From Mobula hypostoma (Eukaryota), in NCBI RefSeq assembly GCF_963921235.1, contig NC_086108.1, forward strand, positions 32,800,001 through 32,864,000: DNA of 64,000 nt, written 5' to 3'. Shown one piece after another: positions 50,625 to 62,369 of this stretch. A program made the translations under genes and the position numbers. The notes below the pieces were generated by a model. It was not told the origin of the DNA. It ran no database searches and saw only the letters and a list, made by a program, of their open reading frames with translations. Within the stretch, counting starts at the first letter, position 1. Each line of letters opens with the position of its first letter.

Positions 50625-52912
50625 TAAGTTTGTTAATTTAGCAGCAGCAGTTCAATACAATACATAATATAGAAGAAAAAAAAGTAAAACAATAAATAAA
50701 TAAGTAAATCAATTACAGTATATGTATAGATAAAAAAGCATGCAAAAACAGAAATAATATATATTTACAAAATGAGGTGGTGTTCAAGGGTTCAATGCCC
50801 ATTTAGGAATCAGATGGCAGAGGGAAAGAAGCTGTTCCTGAATCGCTGAGTGTGTGCCTTCTGGCTTCTGTACCGCCTACCTGATGGTAACAATGAGAAA
50901 AAGGGATGCGCTGGGTGCTGGGGGTCTTTAATAATGGACGCTACCATTCTGAGACACCACTCCTTGAATATGCTCTGGGTACTTTGTAGGCTAGTACCCA
51001 AGCTGGAGCCGACTAAATTTACAACCGTCTGCAGCTTCTTTTGGTCCTGTGCAGTAGCTCCCCATACCAGACAGTGATGCCTGTCAGAATGCTCTCCTGG
51101 TACATCTATAGAGGTTTTTGAGTGTTTTTGTTGACGTACTAAATCTCTTCAAATTCCTAATGAAGCACAGTTGCTGTCTTGCCTTCTTTGTAGCGGCATC
51201 AAATGTTGGGACCAGGTTAGATCCTCAGAGATCTTGACACCCAGGAACTTGCAACTGCTCACTCTCTCCACTTCTGATCCCTCTATGAGGATTGGTATGT
51301 GTTCCTTCGTCTTACCCTTACTGAACTCCACAAACAGCTCTTCCGTCCTACTGACATTGTGCAAGATCGTTGTGCGACACTACTCCACTAGCTGGCATAT
51401 CTCACTCCTGTACACCTTCTCATCTCCATCTGAGATTCTACCAACAATGGTTGTATCATCAGCAGGTGGAACTACTGAGATGGTATTTGAGCTATGCCTA
51501 GCCACACAATCATGGGCATAGAGAGATTAGAGTAGTGGGCTAAGCACACACCCCTGAGGTGCACCAGTGTTGATCGCCAGCGAGGAGGAGGTACTATCAT
51601 AATCCATCAGATTGTGGTCTTCCGGTTATGATGTTGAGGATCCAATTGCAGAGGGAGGTACAGAGGCCCAGGTTATGTAACATACAGGATTGTAGGAATG
51701 ATGGTATTAAATGCTGAACTATAGTCAATGAACAGCATTCTGACATGGGTGTTTACATTGTCCAGGTGATCTAAGGCCGTGTGAAGAACCATTGAGATTG
51801 CATCTGCCGTTGACCTATTGTGGCGATAGGCAAATTGCAATGGGTCCAGGTCCTCGCTGAGGCAGGAGTTCAGTCTAGTCATGACCAACCTCTCAAAGCA
51901 CTTCATCACTGTAGATATGAATACTACCAGGCAATAGTCATCAACGCAGCTCACTTTGTTCTTCTTAGATACTGGTATAATTGTTGCCTTTTTGAAGCAA
52001 GTGGGACCTTCTGCCTGTGGCAGTTAGAGGTTGAAAATGTTCTTGAATATTCCTGCAAGTTGTTTGGCACAGGTTTTCAGAGCCTTACCAGGTACTCCAT
52101 CGGGACCTTCTGCCTTGCGAGGGTTCACCCTCTTTAAAGACAGTGTAACATCGGCCTCTGAGACGGAGATCACAGGGTCATCAGGTGCAGCAGGGATTTT
52201 CACAGCTGTAGTTATATTCTCCCTTTTAAGGCAGGCATAGAAGGTGTTGAGTTCATCTGATAGTGAAGCATTGCTGCCATTCATGTTATTGGGTTTCCCT
52301 TTGTAAGAAGTAATGTCTTGCAAACCCTGCCAGAGTTGTCGTGCATCCGAAGTCACCTCCAACCTTGTTCAAAGTTGTCTCTTTGCCCTTGAAATAGCCC
52401 ACCGTAAATCGTACCTGGTTTTCTGGTACAGACCTGGGTCACCAGACTTGAATGCCACAGATCTAGCCTTCCGCAGATGACGTACCTCCTGGTTCATCCA
52501 CGGCTTTTGGTTTGGGAATGTACAGTAAGTCTTTGTAAGCACACACTCATCCACACAGGTTTTAATGAAATCAGTAACAACTGCAGCATACTCATCCAGG
52601 TTCGAAGATGAATCCCTGAATACAGTCCAGTCCACCAATTCAAAGCAGTCCTGTAAGTGCTCCTGTGTTTCCCTTATCCATACCTTCTTGGTCCTCACTA
52701 TTGGTGCTGCAGTCTTCAGTCTCTGCCTAATCTCAGGGAGAAGTACAGCCAGGTGATCAGACATCCCGAAGTGAGGGCGTGGAATAGCACGGTAGGCATT
52801 TTTGATGGTGGTGTAACAGTGGTCCAGTGTGTTGTTTCCTCTAGTATTGCAAGTGATCTGTTGATGGTAATTGCTTAGTGATTTTTTCAGACTGGCCTGG
52901 TTAAAATTCCAG
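50625..52912 (-). mobile_element. Degraded Rex1/Babar LINE (APE end, RT, 3' end)
   Basis: 'SDHLAVLL', 'PNQKPWMNQEV', 'KAEGPDGVPG', '[18 protein letters not shown]...[11 protein letters not shown]', 'HPAHPFFSLLPSGRRY'. Confidence 0.92.
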
Positions 52913-53428
52913 CAAATCTATAGAATAGTAACGATAACAGGATCAATGAAAGATCAACCAGAGTGCAGAAGACAACAAACTGTGCAAATGTAAATATAAA
53001 TAAATAGCAATAAATAATGAGAACATGAAATAATAAGATAAAGAGTCCTTAAAGTGAGATCATTGGTTGTAGGAATATCTCAATGAATGGGTGAGTGTAG
53101 TTATCCCCTTTCGGTCAAGAGCCTGATGGTTGAGGGGTAATAACTGTTCCTGAACATGGTGGTGCAAGTCCTGAGGCTTTTCTACCTTCTATCTGCTGGC
53201 AGCAGCAAGTAAGGAGCATGGCCTGGGTTGTGGAGATCTCTGATGATGGATGCAGTTTTCCTGCGACAGCATTTCATGTAGATGTATTCAATGACTTTAC
53301 CAGTGATGTTCTGGGCTGAATTCACAACCTTTTGTAGGATTTTCCATTCAAAGGCATTGGTGTTTCCATACCAAGCCATATTGCAGCCAGTCAATATGCT
53401 ATCCACTACACATCTATGGAAGTTACAG
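52913..53428 (-). mobile_element. Second Rex1/Babar 3' fragment
   Basis: 'NFHRCVVDSILTGCNMAWYGN...IIRDLHNPGHA'; same subfamily as 34640..35185. Confidence 0.8.
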
Positions 53429-53700
53429 AACTGGTTCTTCACAGAGTCCTCAGCGCATTGAGCATAGCAGACACAAGGAGGAAGAGTGCCACTGGCAATA
53501 TTACCGAGGCAGCAGAGAAAGCGTCGGGATGGCTTTGGATGAAGGGAGAAAGTCCATGGAGACCTGCAGCACTTGCTACCTGAACACAAGTCGTGGCTTG
53601 ATCACTCACAGCTTGGTTGTCTGGATGAGGGTGTCTGATGCTGAAAGACACGAAACACACAACAATCTCAGGTTCAATCACTGATAATGTGTTCAGAGCA
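53429..53700 (+). mobile_element. HERO-like (RLE) non-LTR retrotransposon 3' end
   Basis: Translates 'NITEAAEKASGWLWMKGE.PW', matching the C-terminus of the adjacent copy (AAEESSNWIWIKR); structured 3' UTR. Confidence 0.6.
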
Positions 53701-53719
53701 TCATTAGATGTACTCTTTA

Positions 53720-54765
53720 AATCAGTACAGGATACCATTCTGGAGTTGAGAAGACAGGAGGAGGCAGAGCGACACGCCAAGGTCATCTCAATGGCCAAGC
53801 AGGGCCAATGGACTAATTGGGAGAGCCTGGAAAAGAGGAAGCTTAGCTGGCGTGACATCTGGGAGATGGAGGGATGGTTTTGTCATCAGAGCCACTTATG
53901 ACCTCCTACCCACACCCCAGAATCTGAACCAGTGGTGGGGGAGAAGACCCCGCCTGCTTTCTTTGTCAAGCACCTGGATCACTAAGGCACATTCTAACAG
54001 GATGCACCACAAGCCTCACCCAGGGGTGGTACACTTGGCAGCATAACCAAGTTCTCAGACAGCTGGCATCAACCTTGGAACAGAGGCGAATCACCACAAA
54101 TGCTCTCCCACAAACATTGGCAAGAAATGTCCACATCACATGATTTGTACCAGCAGGCCAACCTCCAGAGCACCATTTAACATCAAAAGATATAAGTATT
54201 CAGCAGGTTACTCGGGATTGGAAAATGGACGTGGACTTGGAAAAAATGCTTGTGTTTCCCCCAGACATTGCGGCTACAACACTCCGGCCAGACATGGTCC
54301 TGTAGTCCACAACAGCCAAGCCGGCATATGTTGTGGAATTGACAGTACCATGGGAAGATGGTGTCGAAGAAGCTTATAAAAGGAAAAAGACCATGTACTC
54401 TGAACTGGCAACTGAAGCTGCCCAGAATGGGTAGAAGACCAAGATTTTCCCTGTAGAAGTGGGATGCAAGGGATTTGTTGCTACTTCTACGACCAGTCTA
54501 CTGAGGAAGATGGGGGTGAGGGGTCACTTCCTCCAACAAGCAATCGAGTCCTTGTCAAATGCAGCAGAAGAAAGCAGCAATTGGATTTGGATTAAAAGGA
54601 AAGACAACAACTGGGCTGCAAGATGAAGACAGGAGGGTATGGAACTGAGGGGGTTGTATCTGGGACGCCAGGTAGCACCGTTGAGCCCTCTGGAGACGTC
54701 GTGGGCTTATCAACGAAACGTCAAAGAAGGAGGGTTCCCACCTGGTGATCCTGATGATGTACCTA
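53720..54765 (+). mobile_element. HERO-like (R2 superfamily) non-LTR retrotransposon 3' part: CCHC knuckle and restriction-like endonuclease
   Basis: 'QGQWTNWE', 'FVIRATYDLLPTPQNL', 'CFLCQAPGSLRHILTGC', 'YTWQHNQVL', 'TLRPDMVL*...ELTVPWED', 'FPVEVGCKGF'; frameshifts and stops. Confidence 0.85.
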
Positions 54766-56409
54766 CCCTCCCTCCTTGTCACCACTCCAAGCCCACTGCC
54801 AACTTACCATAGGGATTGAAACATCAAATCCTAGTAGCTCTGCTACTGCCCATCATATGCATGCCGATTTTCTATCAGAGCGACTCAGTAGTTCCACATG
54901 CCAGCTCTTTCTTCGTACTCATACACAATTATTGCTCACTTTATAACTTTCCCATTCCCTCTTGAAGGCCACACTGACTCCAGCCACATACATTACATAA
55001 AGCAGCTTTTCCTCATGTCATTCTGAATTTACCCTCAGCCTTCTCTACCAAAAAAACTGTTCCAGCATCTTTAATCCAAGCTGGTAACTGCATTCTCTTA
55101 TCTCAAGAACCACCTTTCTGGACCCTCTTTCAATGCCTCCATGTTCTTCCTAAAACTAAACACAGAACCCCACTTGAGACTGAACCGTATTTTATTAAGC
55201 TCCAGTAAAACCTCTCTGTATTTATTCTCTTTCCCTCTGTTGATAAACTTGTGTAAAACTTACTTTCTCAACCTGCCTTGTCATTTTCAATGAATGAGAT
55301 TTTCAATATTGTAGTCAAAGCAGCTGAGAAAAATGCACAACAATAATGAAATACTGTATCAGTAGTGGCAGCAGCGTGTTTCACACCCACAAGATGTGAT
55401 CATTGAGTTGTCAAACGTTCCTGAACAAGCAATCAGTTTCAACTAACACCCTCTCACTTCTTCCTAGAGTTTCAATCTCACACCTAAATGGGGGCTCCCA
55501 GAGAAAAGTTAAACATCTGACCTTCTTCACATTCCTCAGTCTCTTGTACAATCTGGCCCTTTCCCCTACTGGATGTCTTCTTACAGTAGTCATGATTTCA
55601 ACCTTTCAAGCAGTCGCACTCATATTAACTGCAAGAATAACGTAACAGCTAATGCTTGACCCCTTCAAGAGCTGGAGCCTCATGATGGTGGTATCCTTCA
55701 CTAAGGACCCTCACCAACTCTTCGCATTACCTTCATCAGGGAGGAGGTACAAGAAGCTGAAGACCCAAATTCAACCATTCAGAAGCAGCTTCTTCCCTCT
55801 GTTACAGATTTATGAATGGTACATGAATGCTGCTTGTTATCATTCCTTTTTTGCAATACTTATCTACTTTTGTAACTTATAGTAATTTCATGCCATTGTT
55901 ACTTTACTGCTGCGGCAAAACAATAAATAAGTCATCTAAGTCAGTGATAGTAAATTTGATTTGGAGCAGACATGTTAATCCACAACCTCGTGCTTCGCTG
56001 CAATGAGGTCATTGGTTATATTTCAAGTGCAGTTTTATTGGCTACATCAATTAATGCTTACCTCAGAGGTTCCCAACCATTTTTATGCCATGGAACTGAA
56101 GGATCTGTAGTACCCAGGTGGGAGGCTATGGTTTACCTTAAGCTAGTTGGCTATAAATGACATCAACAGTCTTATTAGTTGAAGGAACTAGTAGATCACT
56201 GTGACTTCACTCTACACAATAAAAGATACATTTTCAAAGATAGATACCATTTGCAAAGAAACTGTTCATTTGAGCCTGACTCTGTTGGGAATAGCACACT
56301 GCTCCCAGTTTGGCACTTCTTTCAGGATTTAAATTACCTGATTGACTAATTAATGACTTCTAGCATCATTTTAAAAGATGACTGGTATGGGGGTGGGGGT
56401 GGATGGCTA

Positions 56410-56858
56410 CTGGACGAGAATAAAGCAAGTTGAAGAAACTTGTAAGATTAGTCAGCTCCATCATGGGCACTAGCCTCCATAGGATCCAAGACATCTTCAA
56501 GGAGCGGTGCCTTAGGAAAGTGGCGTCCATCATTAAGGACCCCCACCACCCAAGACATGCCTCCTTCTCATTGTCAGGAAGAAGGTACAGAAGCTTGAAG
56601 GCACACACACAGCAATTCAGGAACAGCTTCTTCCCCTCTGCCATCCAATTCCTAAACGGACATTGAACCCATGAACATGACCTCACTACTGTTTTATTTG
56701 TCTTTTTTTGTGTACTGCTTATTTAAACTTAACTATTTAATAGACATATACTGTGTATATTTGATGTAACTCATTTTTTCTCTGCATTTATATATCATAT
56801 CTTTCATTGTACTGTTGCTGTAAAGTTAACAAATTTCACAAAATATGCTGATGATATT
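56410..56858 (+). mobile_element. Rex1/Babar 3' end
   Basis: 'SIMGTSL..IQDIFKERCLRKVASIIKDPHHPRHA...SGRRYRSLKAHTQQFRNSFFPSAI'. Confidence 0.85.
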
Positions 56859-57794
56859 ATGAGTGTGAGGGCAGTTTGCTGTTCTCGGTGTCGGATGTGG
56901 GAGGCCCTGGAGTCTCCAAGCCTCCCGGACGTCTACATCTGCGCCAAGTGCATCAAGATGCAGCTCCTAAGGGACCGTGTTACGGAACTGGAGCTGCAGC
57001 TCGATGACCTTCGTCTGGTCAGGGAGAGTGAGGAGGTGATAGAGAGGAGATGCAGGCAGGTGGTCACGCCGGGGCCACGGGAGGCAGACAAGTGGGTCAC
57101 GGTTAGGAGGGGGAAGGGGAAAAGTCAGGTAATAGGGAGTACCCCGGTGGCTGTGCCCCTTAACAACAGGTACTCCCGTTTGAGTACTGTTGGGGGGCAC
57201 AGCTTACCCGGGGGATGCGACAGTGGCCGTGCCTCCGGCACAGAGTCTGGCCCTGCAGCTCAGAAGGGTAGGGCAAGGAAGAGGAGGGCAGTTGTGATAG
57301 GGGACTCAATAGTAAGGGGGTCAGATAGGCGATTCTGTGGACGCAGTCCAGAGACCCGGATGGTAGTTTGCCTCTCTGGTGCCAGGGTCCGGGATATTTC
57401 TGATCGTGTCCAAGATATCCTGAAGTGGGATGGTGAGGAGCCAGAGGTCGTGGTACATATAGGTACCAATGACATAGGTAGGAAAAGGGATGAGGTCCTG
57501 AAAGGAGAATATAGGGAGCTAGGAAGGGAGTTGAGAAAAAGGACCGCAAAGGTAGTAATCTCGGGATTACTGCCTGTGCCACGCGACAGTGAGAGTAGGA
57601 ATGCGATGAGGTGGAGGATAAATGCGTGGCTGAGGGATTGGAGCAGGGGGCAGGGATTCAAGTTTTTGGATCATTGGGACCTCTTTTGGCGCAGGCGTGA
57701 CCTGTACAAAAAGGACGGGTTACACTTGAATCCTAGGGGGACCAATATCCTGGTAGGGAGATTAGCGGGGGCTACTGAGGTGACTTTAAACTAG
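56859..57794 (+). CDS. CR1 ORF1 protein (CxxC zinc finger, coiled coil, SGNH esterase domain)
   Basis: Uninterrupted 311 aa: 'CSRC...CAKC', leucine-rich coil, 'PLNNRY', 'VIGDSIVRG', 'HIGTND', 'DGLHLN'. Confidence 0.92.
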   Translation: MSVRAVCCSRCRMWEALESPSLPDVYICAKCIKMQLLRDRVTELELQLDDLRLVRESEEVIERRCRQVVTPGPREADKWVTVRRGKGKSQVIGSTPVAVPLNNRYSRLSTVGGHSLPGGCDSGRASGTESGPAAQKGRARKRRAVVIGDSIVRGSDRRFCGRSPETRMVVCLSGARVRDISDRVQDILKWDGEEPEVVVHIGTNDIGRKRDEVLKGEYRELGRELRKRTAKVVISGLLPVPRDSESRNAMRWRINAWLRDWSRGQGFKFLDHWDLFWRRRDLYKKDGLHLNPRGTNILVGRLAGATEVTLN

Positions 57795-59885
57795 AATGGT
57801 TGGGGGGTGGGAATCAAATTAAAGAGGCTAGGTGTGAGGAGGTTAGTTCACAACAGAGGGATGGGAACCAGTGCAAAGAGACAAAGGGGTGTAAAGTGAG
57901 GGTAGAAGCAAAAAGTACAAAGGAGAAAAGTAAAAGTGGCAGGCTGACAAATCCAGGGCAAGCATTAAAAAGGGCCACTTTTCAACATAATTGTATAAGG
58001 GCTAAGAGAGTTGTAAAAGAGCGCCTGAAGGCTTTGTGTGTCAATGCAAGGAGCATTTATAATAAGGTGGATGAATTGAAAGTGCAGATTGTTATTAATG
58101 ATTATGATATAGTTGGGATCAGAGAGACATGGCTCCAGGGTGACCAGGGATGGGAGCTCAACGTTCAGGGATATTCAATATTCAGGAAGGATAGACATGA
58201 AGGAAGGGGAGGTGGGGTGGCGTTGCTGGTTAAAGGAGAGATTAACGCAATAGAAAGGAAGGACATAAGCCGGGAAGATGTGGAATCGATATGGGTAGAG
58301 CTGCGTAACACTAAGGGGCAGAAGACGCTGGTGGGAGTTGTGTACAGGCCACCTAACAGTAGTAGTGAGGTCGGAGATGGTATTAAACAGGAAATTAGAA
58401 ATGTGTGCAATAAAGGAACAGCAGTTATAATGGGTGACTTCAATCTACATGTAGATTGGGTGAACCAAATTGGTAAAGGTGTTGAGGAAGAGGATTTCTT
58501 GGAATGTATGCCGGATGGTTTTTTGAACCAACATGTCGAGGAACCAACTGGAGAGCAGGCTATTCTGGACTGGGTTTTGAGCAATGAGGAAGGGTTAATT
58601 AGCAATCTTGTCGTGAGAGGCCCCTTGGGTAAGAGTGACCATAATATGGTGGAATTCTTCATTAAGATGGAGAGTGACATAGTTAATTCAGAAACAAAGG
58701 TTCTGAACTTAAAGAGGGGTAACTTTGAAGGTATGAGACGTGAATTAGCTAAGATAGACTGGCAAATGACACTTAAAGGGTTGACGGTGGATATGCAATG
58801 GCAAGCATTTAAAGGTTGCATGGATGAACTACAACAATTGTTCATCCCAGTTTGGCAAAAGAATAAATCAAGGAAGGTAGTGCACCCATGGCTGACAAGA
58901 GAAATTAGGGATAGTATCAATTCCAAAGAAGAAGCATACAAATTAGCCAGAGAAAGTGGCTCACCTGAGGACTGGGAGAAATTCAGAGTTCAGCAGAGGA
59001 GGACAAAGGGCTTAATTAGGAAGGGAAAAAAAGATTATGAAAGAAAACTGGCAGGGAACATAAAAACGGACTGTAAAAGCTTTTATAGATATGTAAAAAG
59101 GAAAAGACTGGTAAAGACAAATGTAGATCCCCTGCAGACAGAAACAGGTGAATTGATTATGGGGAGCAAGGACATGGCAGACCAATTGAATAATTACTTT
59201 GGTTCTGTCTTCACTAAGGAGGACATAAATAATCTTCCAGAAATAGTAAGGGACAGAGGGTCCAGTGAGATGGAGGAACTGAGCGAAATACATGTTAGTA
59301 GGGAAGTGGTGTTAGGTAAATTGAAGGGATTAGGGGTGGATAAATCCCCAGGGCCAGATGGTCTGCATCCCAGAGTGCTTAAGGAAGTAGCCCAAGAAAT
59401 AGTGGATGCATTAGTGATAATTTTTCAAAACTCTTTAGATTCTGGACTAATTCCTGAGGATTGGAGGGTGGCTAATGTAACCCCACTTTTTAAAAAAGGA
59501 GGGAGAGAGAAACCAGGGAATTATAGACCGGTTAGCCTAACATCGGTGGTGGGGAAACTGCTAGAGTCAGTTATCAAAGATGTGATTACAGCACATTTGG
59601 AAAGCGGTGAAATCATTGGACAAAGTCAGCATGGATTTGTGAAAGGAAAATCATGTCTGACGAATCTCATAGAATTATTTGAGGATGTAACTAGTAGAGT
59701 GGATAGGGGAGAACCAGTGGATGTGGTATATTTGGATTTTCAAAAGGCTTTTGACAAGGTCCCACACAGGAGATTAGTGTGCAAACTTAAAGCACATGGT
59801 ATTGGGGGTAAGGTATTGGTGTGGCTGGAGAATTGGTTAGCAGACAGGAAGCAAAGAGTGGGAATAAACGGGACCTTTTCAGAAT

Positions 59886-60121
59886 TTAAACGCAAACAAC
59901 AGGAATTCTGCAGATGCTGGAAATTCAAGCAACATACATCAAAGTTGCTGGTGAACGCAGCAGGCCAAGCAGCATCTATAGGAAGAGGCGCAGTCGACGT
60001 TTCAGGCCGAGACCCTTCGTCAGGAGTCCTGACGAAGGGTCTCGGCCTGAAACGTCGACTGCGCCTCTTCCTATAGATGCTGCTTGGCCTGCTGCGTTCA
60101 CCAGCAACTTTGATGTATGTT
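59886..60121. mobile_element. Young fold-back (palindromic) PLE mini-element
   Basis: Perfect inverted arms 59931..60025 and 60027..60121 (95 bp), 1-nt spacer, 45-bp extra tail on the left arm; exact 12-bp TSD CCTTTTCAGAAT at 59874..59885 and 60122..60133. Confidence 0.95.
60025..60060 (+). ncRNA. Minimal type I hammerhead ribozyme motif (predicted cleavage after GUC at 60056)
   Basis: AGTC-CTGACGA-AGG GTCTCGG CCT-GAAAC-GTC-GACT: both core boxes, helix I, helix II and palindromic ACGT helix III; a mirror copy lies on the minus strand at 59992..60025. Confidence 0.8.
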
Positions 60122-62369
60122 CCTTTTCAGAATGGCAGGCGGTGACTAGTGGGGTACCGCAAGGCTCAGTGCTGGGACCACAGTTGTTTACAATATATAT
60201 TAATGACTTGGATGAGGGAATTAAATGCAGCATCTCCAAGATTGCGGATGACACGAAGCTGGGTGGCAGTGTTAGCAGTGAGGAGGATGCTAAGAGGATG
60301 CAGGGTGACTTGGATAGGTTGGGTGAGTGGGCAAATTCATGGCAGATGCAATTTAATGTGGATAAATGTGAAGTTATCCACTTTGGTGGCAAAAATAGGA
60401 AAACAGGTTATTATCTGAATGGTGGCCGATTAGGAAAAGGGGAGGTGCAACGAGACCTGGGTGTCATTATACACCAGTCATTGAAAGTGGGCATGCAGGT
60501 ACAGCAGGCGGTGAAAAAGGCAAATGGTATGCTGGCATTTATAGCGAGAGGATTCGAGTACAGGAGCAGGGAGGTACTACTGCAGTTGTACAAGGCCTTG
60601 GTGAGACCACACCTGGAGTATTGTGTGCAGTCTTGGTCCACTAATCTGAGGAAAGACATCTTTGCCATAGAGGGAGTACAAAGAAGGTTCACCAGATTGA
60701 TTCCTGGGATGGCAGGACTTTCATATGAAGAAAGACTGGATGAACTGGGCTTGTACTCGTTGGAATTTAGAAGATTGAGGGGGTATCTGATTGAAACGTA
60801 TAAGATCCTAAAGGGATTGGACAGGCTAGATGCAGGAAGTTTGTTCCCGATGTTGGGGAAGTCCAGAACGAGGGGCCACAGTTTGAGGATAGAGGGGACG
60901 CCTTTTAGGACCGAGATTAGGAAAAACTTCTTCACACAGAGAGTGGTGAATCTGTGGAATTCTCTGTCACAGGAAACAGTTGAGGCCAGTTCATTGGCTA
61001 TATTTAAGAGGGAGTTAGATATGGCCCTTGTGGCTATGGGGGTCAGGGGGTATGGAGGGAAGGCTGGGGCGGGGTTCTGAGTTGGATGATCAGCCATGAT
61101 CATAATAAGTGGCGGTGCAGGCTCAAAGGACCGAATGGCCTACTCCTGCACCTATTTTCTATGTTTCTATGTTTCTAAACCCAATTCTGATCAATGGGGA
61201 GACCCAATTTGGTAATAGTATTAAATGGAATTTCATTTTAGGGCACCCAAGTTAAGAGAAATCCAAATTTTTTGACTTGTATGTTAATACAGCACCCTTT
61301 ACAATACTTGTGATGTTTACTCTGAGGGGAACCAAAAAAAGGAAAATGAATATCGAATGCCTATCTCTGGTATTGATTACTTCCAACATCATTGGCATGG
61401 CTAAACCACTCCTCGGACAATTCTTTACATCTCAATTTAGCAAAGAGCAGCACAAAGAACCCATGGCGAAGCATAAGCATCTGGAGCCCTATCTGACAAC
61501 CCTTACCTATGTTCCATTGGGCTCCTTAAATGAAATAAAATGTTTGGGTTGAGGCAGCGACAGAGAAAAAGAGTTATAGTTTTGAAAAATCCCAACAATT
61601 CCATTCCCAAGGAACCAACCTTCTAAATGTTTTATTTTATAGGGAATAGAGATGAATAACTGACAAGAAAAATTATCACCTGAATTAAATGGTAATTACT
61701 AACTTTCTATGCCAAATTGAATAACCAATTAATGTGCAAAGGCATTAACTTCATGACACTCAGATTAAGGGCAAGCTGCTACTTTCAAAGATGTGGGCAA
61801 ACCACTCAACCCACAATGATTCACAAATAATGAGGTGCCTGAATCATGCCACTATTGATATTAATATTCACAGACTCCTTCCCTCACTCCACCCCAGCAA
61901 ATTCTGGCATTCTCATGTTTATTAGGCACTTGTTGAAGTTATGCCATTACAGTTTTCTTCATGTTTAAGTTTATGTCAGTGTTTCTTGGTGAAGAAACAG
62001 CTATCATTACTTTGAGATCCAATTTATTTTTAAAAAAGAACTTAATAGTTGAAAAATATATGCCAGCATTTTGTTATTCCAAACAAATATCTTTAGTTTA
62101 TAATTTCCACAACTGCTGCTACAATTCTCCTTTTTTTTAACTCGGGCATTAGGTGTTAAAACAAATCTAATGAATTTGCATTTTATTGTGTGTATCAATT
62201 TTTTATTGCCTCATATATTTTGCAATGTAATGCTAAACAAAAATAATATAATCAAGTTGCCTTCCTATTCGTTAGTTTCATAAACTTTTAAAATGCTCTT
62301 CATTAGGGGTTTGATCACAGGGTCTTAATTTAATAAAGGATACATTCTTGTATATTACTTTCCACTGAA

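Larger units (their letters stand above)
57800..61080 (+). pseudogene. CR1 ORF2 (APE endonuclease and RT), frameshifted only by the PLE insertion
   Basis: NARSI, ETW, GDFN and SDH (APE); QHGF, DFQKAFD, GVPQGSVLGP and KIADD (RT); removing 248 bp (insert plus one TSD) joins ORFs 57800..60076 and 59914..61080 in frame; true start codon uncertain. Confidence 0.92.
56859..61177 (+). mobile_element. Young, nearly full-length CR1 LINE (5' UTR missing)
   Basis: Intact ORF1; ORF2 open on both sides of a single insertion; (TTTCTATG)n tail ending 61177. Confidence 0.95.

Noticed and set aside
27029..60121. Recurrent ~100-bp repeat as a CRISPR array, or palindromes as DNA-transposon MITEs
   Set aside because: Copies are dispersed with no spacers or cas genes. 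The arms are asymmetric, TSDs vary from 12 to 17 bp, and the sequence is contiguous with a GIY-YIG C-terminus at 11174..11661, all pointing to Penelope retrotransposition
58165..61103. Long minus-strand ORFs (58165..58941, 60411..61103; also 8557..9051 and 26824..27459)
   Set aside because: Antisense shadows of CR1 ORF2 with no independent domain signal
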